A stretch of DNA of 33,000 nt from Octopus bimaculoides (GCF_001194135.2 NC_068984.1:31436119-31469118); one strand, 5' to 3'. Positions 1 through 11,977 are shown, numbered from the stretch's first letter. Numbers and translations: made by a program. The notes: generated from the sequence alone by a model not told the origin.

Positions 1-67
1 GGTAATACCAGACTGACTTGGTGCTTCAACCTAAGTACTCAATTCAACTGAATCTCGATTATTTATA

Positions 68-315
68 TCATCATCATCGTTTTACGTCCGTTTTCCATGC
101 TGGTATGGGTTAGACGGTTCGACTGGGGTCTGGGAAGCCAGGAGGATGCACCAGGCCTCAATCTGATCTGGCAGTGTTTCTACAGCTGGATGCCCTTCCT
201 AATGCCAACCACTCTGAGAGTGAAGTGGGTGCTTTTTATGTGCCACCAGCACGGAAGCCAGTCAAGACGGCACTGGCATTGGCCACATTCACATGGTGCT
301 TTTTACATGCCACTG
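68..315 (-). mobile_element. RTE-type LINE 3' UTR/tail fragment
   Basis: Starts with (TCA)n, the reverse complement of a (GAT)n tail, then GTTTTACGTCCGTTTTCCATGCTGG...GGATGCCCTTCCTAATGCCAACCACTC. The same sequence recurs at 14174, 23068 and, inverted, at 11820 and 25450. At 14174 it is attached to an RTE ORF2 C-terminus. Confidence 0.85.
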
Positions 316-833
316 TAGTTAGAGAACACCTGATGAACAGTAAAATGTGAAATGAGTACATCATGAGTATATTCAATAGTGAAGATAATAAGATGAGGTC
401 AGGCAAAGAAATCTCAAGCAAGTACTCCGAGTTTACAACTGCTTTATGTGAATCAAATGCACCACTTAAACAGCGGCTTGGAAGAGAAATACTGATCTTA
501 CCAGTAGAAAGTTATGCATAGGTATATATCTCGTAAGCAAGTGATTACCAGCGACCTGGACAGGAACAGTAGAATTTCCTGGATCTGGGATAAGTACATC
601 ATGTCTCTCCTAGAAGGCTACGTCTGCTTTCCAAGAATGGGTGATAGATACTAAATACATGATCTACAAAAGAGATAAGGATACCTCTAAACCTTCATGC
701 TGAGATAGAAAGTATTAGATGTGCCATACCAGTGAAGAAGATATATCAACAGTAAATGTCCAATATGTCCACATATCACCACCATCCCATGAACCATTAT
801 ACTGTTGCTAAGAAAGTCTACAATGCTGTGTAG
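316..833 (+). mobile_element. Degenerate C-terminal ORF fragment of an RLE-type (R4/Dong-like) non-LTR retrotransposon
   Basis: Frameshifted translation: KVMHRYISRKQ..SDLDRNSRISWIWDKYIMSLLEGYV (from 508) / SAFQEWVIDTKYMIYKRDK..KY*MCHTSEEDI / HPMNHYTVAKKVYNAV* (stop 831-833). This resembles the MHG..EG.(FA)IQEQ.I.TKY..CRxC...H....C..RHD.VAK region found upstream of the restriction-like endonuclease. Clade assignment is by motif recall only. Confidence 0.6.
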
Positions 834-884
834 AGATAAATGAATACAAACAGACACTCACACAAACATGCACACATATACATG

Positions 885-1032
885 CAAGAGGATTCTTTCA
901 GTTTCCATTTTCCAAATCCACTCACAAGATTTTAATCAACCCAGAGCTACAGGGGAAGATACCTGCTAAATGTTTCATGAAATGGAATTGAACCTGGAAT
1001 CTCATGATAGGAAAATGGACTTCATCATATAG
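885..1032 (-). mobile_element. Degenerate tRNA-derived SINE, 5' part (same family as 3521-3957)
   Basis: Reverse complement matches the 5' part of the 3521 element (TTCTTTCAGTTTCC..CCAAATCCACTCACAAG..GGAATTGAACC). Confidence 0.75.
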
Positions 1033-2169
1033 TGATAAATAGAAAATAACCGACCAGAGTCTCTACATGAATACTTGTTTGAGGAATAAAGCAGAATTCC
1101 CTTTCTGTGGAATTGTTTGAACAATGAATCACCTGCTAGTTTACTTATTATTAGAATCCATTTGTTCTATAAATGACTTAAGACATAATGCAAAGGATGC
1201 TAAGAAAAATGTAAAAAGATGTGGTAAGATTTGATTAAAGCACTAAATAATGATAGATATTGAGAAACAGTAGCCATAGCAAGTAAAGAAAATAATGAAG
1301 AACAAAAGGCCCTAACACATTTTCAAGATATACAAACTACAGTAGCTAAACTCAGGAATGTAAGCTAATTAGTATATTTCACAGTATCCTATTTATAGCT
1401 TGTATTATATTACACTGTGGTTTCTATGCACAGTAAGTATTATGACACTAAAAGTCGAATGTCATGGCAATGAACATAAGGAAATGCTAGTGACACCATA
1501 TACACTGTCAGCTCTTTAGTTAGTTGCCTGACAATCAATTTCCCTAGCCACCTGTGTCTCATTATCATACACCCATCAAAACTCCAATGTTTTAACATAA
1601 TGATTATATTTATTTTACAATATAAAAAAAAAAATGCAGTATTTAATTAAATACCTGTTAGGGGTAAAAAAAATATACAATATTGTATAAGATAGAATGT
1701 GCAAGCATTTGATATCAAATATGTTATCATTTAACAACAAAAAATATAATGGACTTTTTAATGGAGTATAATGCAGCAATCACAAATTTAAAGTTTTATA
1801 TAAAATCACCAGAGAATCTGTGTCATTAAGATCTATAGATATTTCCTTATCAGGTGTTTTAAAATGGCTTTCAATTATTTTAGACAAATTTTTCATGTGA
1901 TAATAAAAGTTAAAGTTTTACTGGAAGTTTTTTCTTCATTTAGGCTATTAATACTATGCTTTCTTTCAGTTGAAATGGGGTGAATGTGCACATTGATAAG
2001 AAAAGGTTGACTGCAATAAAGTATAAAGTATCTTTTTTAAATTTTTAGAAATCTTCTGAATTATCATTCTGTTTACAAGTTTATATTTTTTGAACCAAGC
2101 TGAGCTGTAAACATAAAATAAATGCATACATGTATACAATACATACATATACACATGGTGACTGCTTCA

Positions 2170-2560
2170 TCTTCACAGCTGATTGTCATTTGCTTGTGCT
2201 TCTTTGTTGTCAATAACATTTCTGACTTTCCACCCATGACCTCTCAGATGACTATTCAGCCCTGTGGCAGTTCTGCATTGTTTGAAACATAGGGGATAGC
2301 TGAAAGTTGTAACTTACTGAACATGTCACCACTCTTCCATTACCACACAACTTTCAGTAGATGGAATGACAAATGAGGTCACCATAAAGAGACATCTATA
2401 CATCATTGAATTATAGTGATATGCTTGTACAACACAAGTACCCTTCTCTGAGTCTCTGTGAATAGTACCAGCTGACAGGCCAAAGTGAGATGGTCAATAA
2501 GAAGGATACTGTGACAACAGCTAAAGGGTCACTCACTCCTAGTGGTTTTACCGTATGCTC
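2170..2560 (-). mobile_element. Degenerate RTE ORF2 C-terminus with C2H2-like zinc finger
   Basis: Minus-strand FSYPLCFKQCRTATGLNSHLRGH (about 2304-2236; first Cys mutated to Tyr). A weak upstream match in another frame reads DHLTLACQLVLFTE..LYKH..CIDVSLW. Same type as 6116-6571. Confidence 0.5.
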
Positions 2561-2789
2561 TGTACCAACCAAGGGTATTTCTGCATCCCCATACTCAGAG
2601 GGACTGTCATCACATATGCTAATTAATCCATAACTAAAATTTTGACAGGTGCTACCACTCTGGGTGAGAAAAGACCCGAGAACAACAGTGGTCAAGAGGT
2701 GGTTCCACACTTTTCAAGACTCTGGAACTCCTGAACCAGAACCATACACACATAATTGAAACCAGAAACACTCACTATCTAATGACATT

Positions 2790-3205
2790 CCATATGAACA
2801 AAGAAGTGCAAAACTCACGTATCTTAGCTAAGATCTGGAAGAGAAACACTCTACATACCGTAAAAAGTTTATGCATCATTATGTTTCTTGTAAACAAGAG
2901 AAAGATGACAATTTTAACATGAAGTGTAGCCTCCTCTAGACATGTGACATGACATCACATCTCAAACACTATGCTTTTGCAATCCAAAAGCAGGAGATAG
3001 CTATTCAATATTTTAAGAATAAATGAGACAGCAGGGCACTTAAAATTCTAAGATGCACCCATAAGTGTTGATTATGTAACTCTTCTGGGGAGGACATGAC
3101 GAATGTTATCAGAAGATGTTCAAAAATATCATTGAAGAACTATATTCCACTGCCACATGATGTTCTTGCTGAAACAAAATATAGTGCCATCCATTCATGC
3201 TAATA
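2790..3205 (+). mobile_element. Second R4/Dong-like (RLE-type) retrotransposon C-terminal remnant
   Basis: One continuous frame (codon phase 2805/2952/3066/3141) with a few stops: YRKKFMHHYVSCKQ...TSHLKHYAFAIQKQEIAIQYFKNK*...HKC*LCNSSGEDMTNVIRRCSKISLKNYIPLPHDVLAETKYSAI. It aligns motif by motif with 316-833. Confidence 0.7.
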
Positions 3206-3520
3206 ATTATTGGTGCAATTCAATAATGCTTGTAAGTGTCTAAGTTACAATCTGAAGAAGGTAGGATTTTCAAGCAAAGCTAAATAGGACACCTAACATA
3301 AACATACAAATACAATCTATAACTGAAATAGTAATTATTTGCAAGATTTTCTTAAAGGTGTATATGCATCAATTATTATTGTTGCTATCCCAACTCCCAT
3401 GTGAGAACTTTTATTATATATTTGTTAGAAACTGGCTCTCTCAATCTGGAATGAACACCTAAAAGCAAAAATAAAAAAAAGGCATACATACATAATAATA
3501 TATAACACATATGTAATTAT

Positions 3521-3686
3521 AGGTGTAGGTGTGGCTGTGTGGTAAGTAGCTTGCTTATGAACCACATGGTTCCAGGTTCAGTCCCACTGCGTGGCACCTT
3601 AGGCATGTGTCTTCTACTATAGCCTCGGGCCAACCAAAGCCTTGTGAGTGGATTTGGTAGACGGAAACTGAAAGAAGCCTGTCATA

Positions 3687-3747
<61 letters not shown>

Positions 3748-3957
3748 TTATGCTTGTGTTTGTCTCCCCAACATCGCTTGACAACCGATGGTGGTGTGTT
3801 TAATTCTCCATAACTTAACGGTTCAGCAAAAGAGACCGATAGAATAAGTATTAGGCTTACAAAGAATAAGTCCTGGGGTCAATTAGCTCGACTAAAAGAT
3901 GGTGCTCCAGCATGGCCACAGTCAAATGACTGAAACAAGTAAAAGAGTAAAAGAGTA
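3521..3957 (+). mobile_element. Full-length tRNA-derived SINE with internal (TA)n/(TG)n microsatellite
   Basis: A-box-like TGGCTGTGTGG, B-box-like GGTTCAGTCCC, conserved body, internal microsatellite at about 3685-3748, and 3' end GACTGAAACAAGT(AAAAGAGT)2. Partial copies at 885, 5612, 7060 and 8308. Confidence 0.9.
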
Positions 3958-4574
3958 TTTACACACACACACACACATACACACACAAACACATATATAC
4001 AGAGTACCCTACTGTGTAATATGATGGGCTCTGAAGAAGCTAGGGGTAAATGAGTGCCTTGTAGAAGCTACACAATCCATGTAAGATGAAAGTTAACCAT
4101 GAGTATAGTGATGAAATTAGTGTACAAGTAAGTGTTCATCATGAGTAAATATCTTCTACCAGAGTTAAAGGCCGTGTGTGTAAAATATGGTTGAAAGAAA
4201 CCATGTGTAGGTAATTTCTTGGAGGCATTATTCCTGTTCTTGAAAGCTTGAACATCCTAGCTGATCATCACCATCTGGCTCTTGGTTGAGAGCAGAAGCA
4301 TTCGCTTTATTGCAAGTATTTAGAATGCATCTTTAGTTCCAAAATATCTTCTTCCATTAGCTTCAAAGTCCTCATGAAAGGGTCATGCTGTTGCTGTTTC
4401 TCTTCTGAAAACTTCGTAACAAAGCTGTTACTTGCAAGCAAGTATGACTTGGTAGTATATACCAAGCTTTCTCCCATTGTTTCAGATGCCTATAGGCATA
4501 GGAACCTTCTTTTTCCCCCAGGCCTTGAGCCAACAGAATACTGAGGATGTAACAGGTAGCAGGAGAGAGAAGAT

Positions 4575-4735
4575 ATTAGATTAGCATTTAGCTGGTGCTC
4601 ATTTTCAGCTATGTAGACTGGTTCAATGGTAAGTGAAGTGACTTGCTCAATAACCTAAAGCAACGTCCAGTCCAGGAACGGAATCCATGACCTAATAACT
4701 ACAAGCTCAGTGTCTATAACCACTACCACAGACTT
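4575..4735 (-). mobile_element. Old SINE remnant with CORE-like segment
   Basis: AAGTGACTTGCTCAA (4636-4650), reverse complement TTGAGCAAGTCACTT, in a context resembling the 13160-13505 SINE. Confidence 0.5.
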
Positions 4736-5454
4736 TGATGTAGCTACTAAAAGTATGTGTTGATACCATTTCATGTCAACATAGACAGTGAACATAGAAT
4801 GACGACAATGATGATGACGACGACGATGACAACGACAATGACTAATACATATCTGAAATAAGAATAGAGTCTCTATCAAATCACTTGACCTGCTAGATGT
4901 AGTAGCTAAATCTCTTTTAAATTATGCCCAACCATTTTTAAAAAAGATGTCTAACATTGACTTAGACAACGTAATATTACATTCATAATGCCTAAAAACA
5001 AAGTTGTAGTTGGAAATTCTTTTGGTCATAGGCTTGCATAGTCAAAGCAGAGCTGGGGGCTAAACAGCAACAAAAACAACAGCAACAACTAATATCAGCC
5101 ACTCATCTATGACGTTAAATATTACCTCTGTCATGGTGGAAAAGTTGCACCAGGAAAATGAATTTTTAGGAAAATGAATTTTCAGCTTTATTTAGAGACA
5201 GGATGTAATGCTAATTGTAGCAGCTTAAACTCATTAACCTTGTTTCAACAGAAGTCTGGCACACAGACTACTCAACCATTACATTACTCATAGTAAATAA
5301 CTAATCAAGTTAGTATTCATATTTGAATTCACATGGCTAATGTCAGTGAAATTAACATGTCATTGTGCTGCATTGAAATAATTCGTATATTGATTTCATA
5401 TACATACCCTGCAAAATATTAGCATATAGTTCATATTTTGTAGATGAGGTGTAT

Positions 5455-5611
5455 AATTGACTGAGTTGACTTCCGACTTTCATTGATTAATTGGGGTGAT
5501 TTTAATGACACCACAGAGATGGAAATTTTAATCAAACCGAGCATCATTTGAACTAAGGTCAATGCCATGTCAGTATAGATTCAGTAAGGCCTTTAGTCTA
5601 GTGATTTTACT
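5455..5611 (-). mobile_element. Degenerate SINE of a second family
   Basis: Decayed ...TTTTAATGACACCACAGAGATGGAA..ATTTGAACT.. motif. Related remnants at about 8090-8220, 12400-12480 and 21170-21290. Confidence 0.45.
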
Positions 5612-5689
5612 GCCTGTGGTAAGAAGCTTGCTTCCCAACCACATGGTTCTGGGTTCAATCCCATTGCATGGCACCTTGGGCAAGTGTCT
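5612..5689 (+). mobile_element. Truncated SINE head (family of 3521)
   Basis: TGTGGTAAGAAGCTTGCTTCCCAACCACATGGTTCTGGGTTCAATCCC...GGCAAGTGTCTTC. Homology to the 3521 copy stops abruptly at about 5690. Confidence 0.85.
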
Positions 5690-5857
5690 TCAGTACTCAA
5701 CCCCCGCCTATTTATCATAGTCCTCCAGGCGATAACAGAGGAATTCAAGACAGGATGCCCCTGGAAGCTCCTCTATGCTGATGACCTTGCATTAATTGCT
5801 GAGTCACTACCAGAACTAGGGAAGTTTCAGGTGTGAAAGCAAGAACTACAATCGAAG
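5690..5857 (+). mobile_element. RTE LINE reverse-transcriptase fragment (YADD motif)
   Basis: In-frame SVLNPRLFIIVLQAITEEFKTGCPWKLLYADDLALIAESLPELGKFQV*KQELQSK, covering RT domain 4/5 with the catalytic YADD. Confidence 0.92.
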
Positions 5858-6115
5858 TTAGACAGGTTGATATATAAAGTATATTAAATACATGAAATAC
5901 AGAAAATGTATATATGTATACATATAAAAAGGTCCAACTTACACAGAGTCCAAGTGGTATAGAGAATTAAAGGGGTTGAAGAAAAATATTACAAATTAAA
6001 CAACTGTTTTGCGGGGCTTGGTGGTTCAAAATGATGTTTGCATATTGATTCCCTCAAAGGATGAGAAGAACCTTCATCTTCAGGGAAGAGATCTTACATT
6101 CATAGTGTTAAAGGA

Positions 6116-6571
6116 AAGAAGTTTGAAGATTTAAGGATTAAGGAGTGTGTAACGACTAACATAAAGTCACTTGAAATGGATCCAAAGGCCATAGAAACCC
6201 TTGGTTTGGATCGAGCTAGATGGCGAACAAAAGTGTGGAGTCGCGTGAAAGCTTTTGAAGAAACCAGGACAACCCATGTGAAACTGTAAAGAAATTTAAG
6301 GACAAATGTTATGATTAAGGATATAATGAATCGCAACAACCTTTTTGTGTGCACAATTTGTGACAGGCTATGCTTTTCTTTTGCTAGGCTCAAATCTCAT
6401 TTGTATACCCATGGAAAATGAACCTCCACCAACTACTCCATGTATCTGTCTGTGCATACCTGTCAATGCTGTATATGCTATAATGTATGAAAATCTAACG
6501 GATGCCTCAAAAGACATTTTACGATCCACAAAGATCAGAACTTTACTACAGTTCTTGGTGGTCCAAAGTAG
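6116..6571 (+). mobile_element. RTE-clade ORF2 C-terminus with two tandem C2H2-type zinc fingers (pseudogenised)
   Basis: Single frame from 6116 with internal stops at 6287, 6419 and about 6488: ..IKSLEMDPKAIETLGLDRARWRTKVWSRVKAFEETR..FVCTICDRLCFSFARLKSHLYTHGK*..CCICYNV*KSNGCLKRHFTIH. Confidence 0.8.
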
Positions 6572-7059
6572 ATATGCAATTTATGTGGGTGTCTTTTCAA
6601 ATGGTAGAAAAGACAACCACATAAATTGTAGATGTAAGGTGTAAGTACAAGAGGTGGTCAATCTCTGTGTAAGGAGTAGACAACCACCAAATATACACAC
6701 ACACACAGACACAAACACACACAGATATATATACACACATTCATATATATATTCATTCATTTACTTTTACATTCATTTTACCTTACTTGCATGGATATGC
6801 AAGTTTATAGAGAGTATGGAAGGGTAGAATTGTTTTAATTTCAGTTGTTTAGTCAGGGGCTGCAATATCTGCAATTTATTTTAGAGTTTACATTCTTGTG
6901 GCAGATTGGAAAAAAAGTTATTCCCATATTTTTGACCTGACCTGAATGCTTGCAATAGAAAGGCCACAGATAAAAGCACCCTGAGCTACCAGGTTAAGAC
7001 GCTAAGCAAGGTGCTTAACTCTAATCCCCAAGAACAGGAACGATCCTTCAAGCAGGATT

Positions 7060-7200
7060 CCACAAACTATCCATCTAACAGATTTTGAGGAAGACATGTT
7101 TGTAAACCTGAGGCTAAGGAATTTTTGCAAACTGCCATGCAGTAAGATCAAACCTCAAACTTACTTAAGTTGCAAAGCAATCTTGTTAACTTCAAAATCC
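7060..7200 (-). mobile_element. Highly degenerate SINE 5' part
   Basis: CCATGCAGTAAGATCAAACC..GTTGCAAAGCAATCTTGTTAAC resembles the reverse complement of the 3521 head. Confidence 0.45.
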
Positions 7201-8307
7201 ATATCTGCTGAGAGCTACAAAAACACAAGTTTATATATGAAGATATTTTTCAAGGCTAAGTGTGCCTCTTGGTTATATTGAGGAAGAAAAAAAATAATTT
7301 CTATGAAAAAGTGTACTTGTAATTTCAATGTACCAAAAGTTTTTGTTCATGTTCCTATTGCCATCGGTGGTTTCATCATTCTGCATAAGCTACAGAAAAA
7401 GATTTTGTCTCAACAGCATTTGTGTAGAAGAACAGTTGGCAGGCATTATGATCTGAAGACACAGCAAGATTGCCAACAGCTATATCACAAGAATTCATTC
7501 AAAATACACATACATGCACACTTGTACACACTCATACACTTAACAGTGATGATTCAATGAAACTTTATAATTATTGCAAAAATTTATTGATTTTAATGAA
7601 GAATATTAGAAGTATTGTTCTGTTGTTTCTCAAGAATTTTAATCACCTATATAATTTAAACGTCTAGACTTAGACTGTTCAGAGTGTGATTTTCTTTCTT
7701 TTATTTACTTGTTCTACTTTTATTTATTTTTACTCATTTTTAATCTTTTACCAGCTTCTTGGTTTTAATTCTTTGGTTTTGGCTGTCAGTTCAAAGTATT
7801 TGGAAATTATGTTTATTTATTTAATATAGAAACTTAAACATTATCTATCAAAGATAGATATAGATAGATAAATAAAGTGAGAAAATGATAGAGAGATCAC
7901 ACAAAAGTAAGGAATAGAAAGACAAGTTGGCACTGGAAACAAATAAAGAAGCATTCATTCATATTTACATTCCAAAGTATATAATTTATATTCCCCATTA
8001 GAACCATTGATTTCAGTGTTTTACAAGATATCAAGACAACTTATATAGCAGTAAGACAAGATTGGTCAATTTGAACCTAATATATTTCCAGTATTTTGTA
8101 TAGACTCTTGAAGAGATGAAACACAATGTCTATTTTAACAAAGATTTGAACTCAGAATGTCAATGAAAGGAAATAACTTGTGTAAAATAAATTCCAGAAA
8201 TCTACAATTGTTGCCAACCCATTATTTCTCATTTTCAGTAAAATTATTGAATTTTAGCAAGGCTCTATGCCAGGGACTGGAGAAGCAGACATAAATGTAT
8301 GGAATAC

Positions 8308-8460
8308 AGGGTTGGCTGTGTGATTAAGAAGTTTGATTCACAATTGTGGCTTTAAGTTCAATCTTTCAATACTACGTCTTACTCTATGTGTCTTCTGCAA
8401 TAGCTTTAGATCAACCAAATCCTTGTAAGAGAAATTTGGCTCATAGAAATCATGTGGAAG
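8308..8460 (+). mobile_element. Highly degenerate SINE 5' part
   Basis: GGCTGTGTGATTAAGAAG..AAGTTCAATC..TGTGTCTTCTGCAATAGC..CAACCAAATCCTTGTAAG matches the 3521 SINE. Confidence 0.55.
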
Positions 8461-9074
8461 ATCTGGGCAGTCGATATACTCAATCACATGCTTTAACACC
8501 GTTGCCTGGTTCAAAGACTCCATACAGTTGCATACATATGAACACAGTCTCAGTCAGATGTATTTTGTGTAATTACTAACTCTTTACAAGGTACATCAGT
8601 TAGTCTTCCCAAAAGGTATTGCATCTAAATCTGTAATAAAGAGCCTGCTTCAATTTTCAAATTAATAGATCCTATCATAAAAGCAGTGTGTTTGATTTCT
8701 AAATTCATCATTTTCATGCTATACCTATAATCCCTTGAATGGGATCTCTGTTGTATTTCCTAATTTGTTTTTGCCTTGTTCACCTCTTTTGAACAGCATT
8801 ATCATTACTAACATATTATTTAAATTTATCCCTTTTCTCCCTATTATTATCATCATAGCTTTATTCATAGGCTTTATATCAGAACAGTCTGACCAATCCT
8901 CTCTTCCTGCTTATATCTTCTTAGATGTCAGAGTTAAAAATATGAAAGCAGAACCAAATTAAAAATGAAATAATTCTAAATCTCATCCAGCTGTCAAATT
9001 CTTTCAATCAATGAATTTCTTGAAGATGCCTATCCCACGTTGAATTGGGAAACACAAAGGACGCAAGTAATCTT

Positions 9075-9080
<6 letters not shown>

Positions 9081-9164
<84 letters not shown>
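9081..9164. repeat. (AG)42 perfect microsatellite
   Basis: Uninterrupted AG repeat, read directly. Confidence 0.98.
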
Positions 9165-9165
<1 letters not shown>

Positions 9166-9184
9166 AATAATTAGGCTTTATAGA

Positions 9185-9318
9185 AAAAATACTGAGTCAA
9201 TTGACCAAATATGTAATCCAAAATGCATTCAAGGCTGGGATGGTTAAGGCTGGAATAGTCTGATCTTGTGTCTGACCAGTGGAGGCTGATCTGTAACTAA
9301 ACAACAACAACAACAACA
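9185..9318. repeat. Unclassified short interspersed repeat ending in (CAA)n
   Basis: ...GCTGATCTGTAACTAAACAACAAC resembles about 5025-5085 and, inverted, about 22280-22345. Confidence 0.45.
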
Positions 9319-9554
9319 GCAACCAACTATTGCTAATAGATTAAATTGACTGAGTATGACTGATTATCAAATGTATTGTTGTTGAAACAGAATGGTTGAA
9401 TGGATGTGTTATTTAACTGTCAGGTTCAGGATTTTGAACTGAAATCCACATAGAGTGTTCATTGTTCAGACCCAGTCAAGGCTTCACTGAAATGAGATTT
9501 GATTAGAGGTATGGCACCTGGAAAATCTTATCATTGTTAAGGAAATAACGATGT

Positions 9555-9607
9555 GATTTGAGAGATATATGGCTAATATTTCTAGTAAGACAAATAACCA
9601 CATAAAG
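9555..9607. repeat. Unclassified short interspersed repeat (CTAGAAATA..GCCAAAT family)
   Basis: Reverse complement resembles segments at about 4875-4925, 15170-15220, 25570-25605 and 28120-28165. Confidence 0.4.
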
Positions 9608-11149
9608 GGATGATTTGTATGATTGGTAACTTTAGTACAGTTTAAAATATTAAATATTACAGCATGTATAAATAACTATGTTTTGTTTATTAATTTAAAT
9701 TGAGTTATTTAACTACATCATCTGAAAACCCTGAATTAATAACACAAATACATAAAATTGGAGAAAGAAATACAACATATAATCACATTTTCTACTTGTT
9801 ATTTTGCATTCTATATTCCACTGGTCCTAAAAAATCAAAAGAAATAGATTACTATTTTTTGTTTATAAGAAAATCTAAACAAAGACAATTATATATCTAT
9901 GCATGTGTACTTGTGCTATGCTGCTTGCATGAGGGGATTTATACATCCATATCGGTTAATGGTTATTTCCAATACTTTTCTCGCTGGATTAAGTGTTCGT
10001 TTCTCTTTTTGTCTTCTGCAATTTTATTTTTGGATCTTCTATATATATGAAGAATTTTCTTCCGTCTGGCTATTTTTCTCTCTCCAAAACGGAAAGTTGC
10101 ATTATGGAACAGTCATTTTAATGAGATTTTTTATTTATTTGTCATCCAGCAAGATATGTCTGCACCATCGGATACTCCTGAACTAGACTTTATGTGTCCC
10201 ACAAGAAGAGTCAATGCTAGATGTGTCGAAACAATTGTTGTGATTAATAATATATTCTCGTATATTCCATCTTCTGTCTTTCATTTGTTATTTATTATAT
10301 ATATATATATGTGTGTGTGTGTGCATGTGTGTGTGTGTGTGTATGTGTATTTGTATGTGTGTATGTATATATATATATATGTGTACATGTTAACCAAGAG
10401 AGACAGAGACAGTTAGAAACAAGGGAAATGTCCCTTGTATTTGAATACTATGCGAATATTCTTTTAAAATACTTTTCATGTAACTTTTTCCAGAATTTAA
10501 TTGTTTTCCATACTTACAGTAGAAAAAGTCTCAATGACCAAAACCAGTACTGAAATGTTTTTTATAAAATTATTTTAGCATTTTCTACCTTGACTTTTTT
10601 CCATATATATATATATGGGTGTGTGTGTGTGTGTGCATGTACACACACACACACACACGTATGTATGTATGTATGTATACATGTATTTATAGACATGACT
10701 GAACAAACAGTAAAGACAGAAATCAATACATGAATGCATAATATATATCCAATTTTATTACTTTTAAAAGTGACATTACCCAAACTTCTTGGTTCTCAAA
10801 TAACTTTTGTAATTGTCTACCAATTAAAAATAAGAGTGTAAACACACACACATGCACACACACACATATATACATACATATATTTTGGCAAACTGGAAAA
10901 CACCACGCTCTTACGATGGAACTTCAGCTGTCTTGCAGTCTTTGGACCCCTCCCCATTGAATTATTCTTCAACTACTTTAATTATGGCATTACAGTCAAA
11001 AGGGACATGATTATAATTTACTTTTTTCTTTTCATTTTTTCCATTTTTGTTCACCCTTCTACTTTCTTGCATCTACCTTCTCATTTTTTCTCACGACTTC
11101 TTTTGTAACAGCATCCTGATCACAAATCAAATGGACCATGTGATCAGAA

Positions 11150-11640
11150 CCCAAAGATCGCCTGGAGAAACAAGGAATGTTATAAAAACCTGCCTAGAAC
11201 TGTTTCCCATAGGAAAAATTATTAGTAGTTCATATCTTTATACAATGTAATCTTGATCTCAGTCAAGGTGCTTTGTCTTCTGGGATGTTGAAGGAAGACT
11301 TGTGGGTGTTATAAAGGGTTCTGAAGGGGCTTTCAGTTGTCCCCATATACTTTCACACATTTAATCATGGGGGAAACTGAAGGCCCCCCCCCCCTCAACA
11401 TCTTGGAGAGACAATGTGCCACAACCTTGGCTAAGCATGCATGGTCAGTGAAAGAAAGCACCACTGAGTACACCACTAAACTTACTTCAATAGCAGCAAG
11501 AAGTACAGATTATACCTGGCTAAGAAAAGAGCGATATTAAAACACTCTGAGCACTCAGGCATCTACCTGAACTGCAGAAATGAAAGTTTTAATCCTTGCT
11601 GACATGACAGGGAGTACATCCTATCATATCTACGTGACCC
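11150..11640 (+). mobile_element. Penelope-like element remnant (linker plus GIY-YIG endonuclease), with internal deletions
   Basis: Across frames: KIAW / FPIGKIISS / CLLGC*..CYK..LIMGETEGP / TTLAKHAWSVKE / YFNSSKKYRLYLAKKRAILKH..YLNCRNESFNPC*HDREYILS. These follow the PLE motifs KIxW, VYK..YxGxTE, TxLSxHxWxLK, CxLCLxEK and LNxRxE..CRH. Confidence 0.7.
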
Positions 11641-11819
11641 ATCATGACAATAACTGCCAGTCCCCAGCTTCAGCCATCTTTCACCAATACCTAGGAATCT
11701 GGTGATGAGTTTGATCAGAACATACATAGACAAACACACACGCCCTAACACGGCGGACATCCATCCAAGAGACCCTTTTCCACCACCCTAATACAAGCCT
11801 ATGCACATAGAGAGCATCT

Positions 11820-11977
11820 CTATGGGTGCTGCATAATACACACCTAGTGCGCTCTGTAAAGTGGTTGGCATTAGGAAAGGCCTCCAGTGAGATATTTTGG
11901 ATTTTGGTACTGCTTTCTGGTTTGCCAGCTTCTATCAAACTGTACAACCCTTGCCAGCACATAAAATGGACGTTAAG

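Noticed and set aside
1385-4555. Plus-strand micro-exon candidates 1385-1432 and 4522-4555
   Set aside because: Splice-like signals only; short peptides with no recognisable homology.
7165-7214. Minus-strand 50-nt exon candidate with GTAAGT donor
   Set aside because: Overlaps a decayed SINE head and has no homology support.
9930-10130. Minus-strand LIQREKYW, possibly a third PLE endonuclease end
   Set aside because: One short motif with no supporting GIY/YIG segments.
11703-11721. TGATGAG...GAAC downstream of the first Penelope remnant, where a PLE hammerhead would be expected
   Set aside because: The core is incomplete and I found no stem I or stem II pairing.
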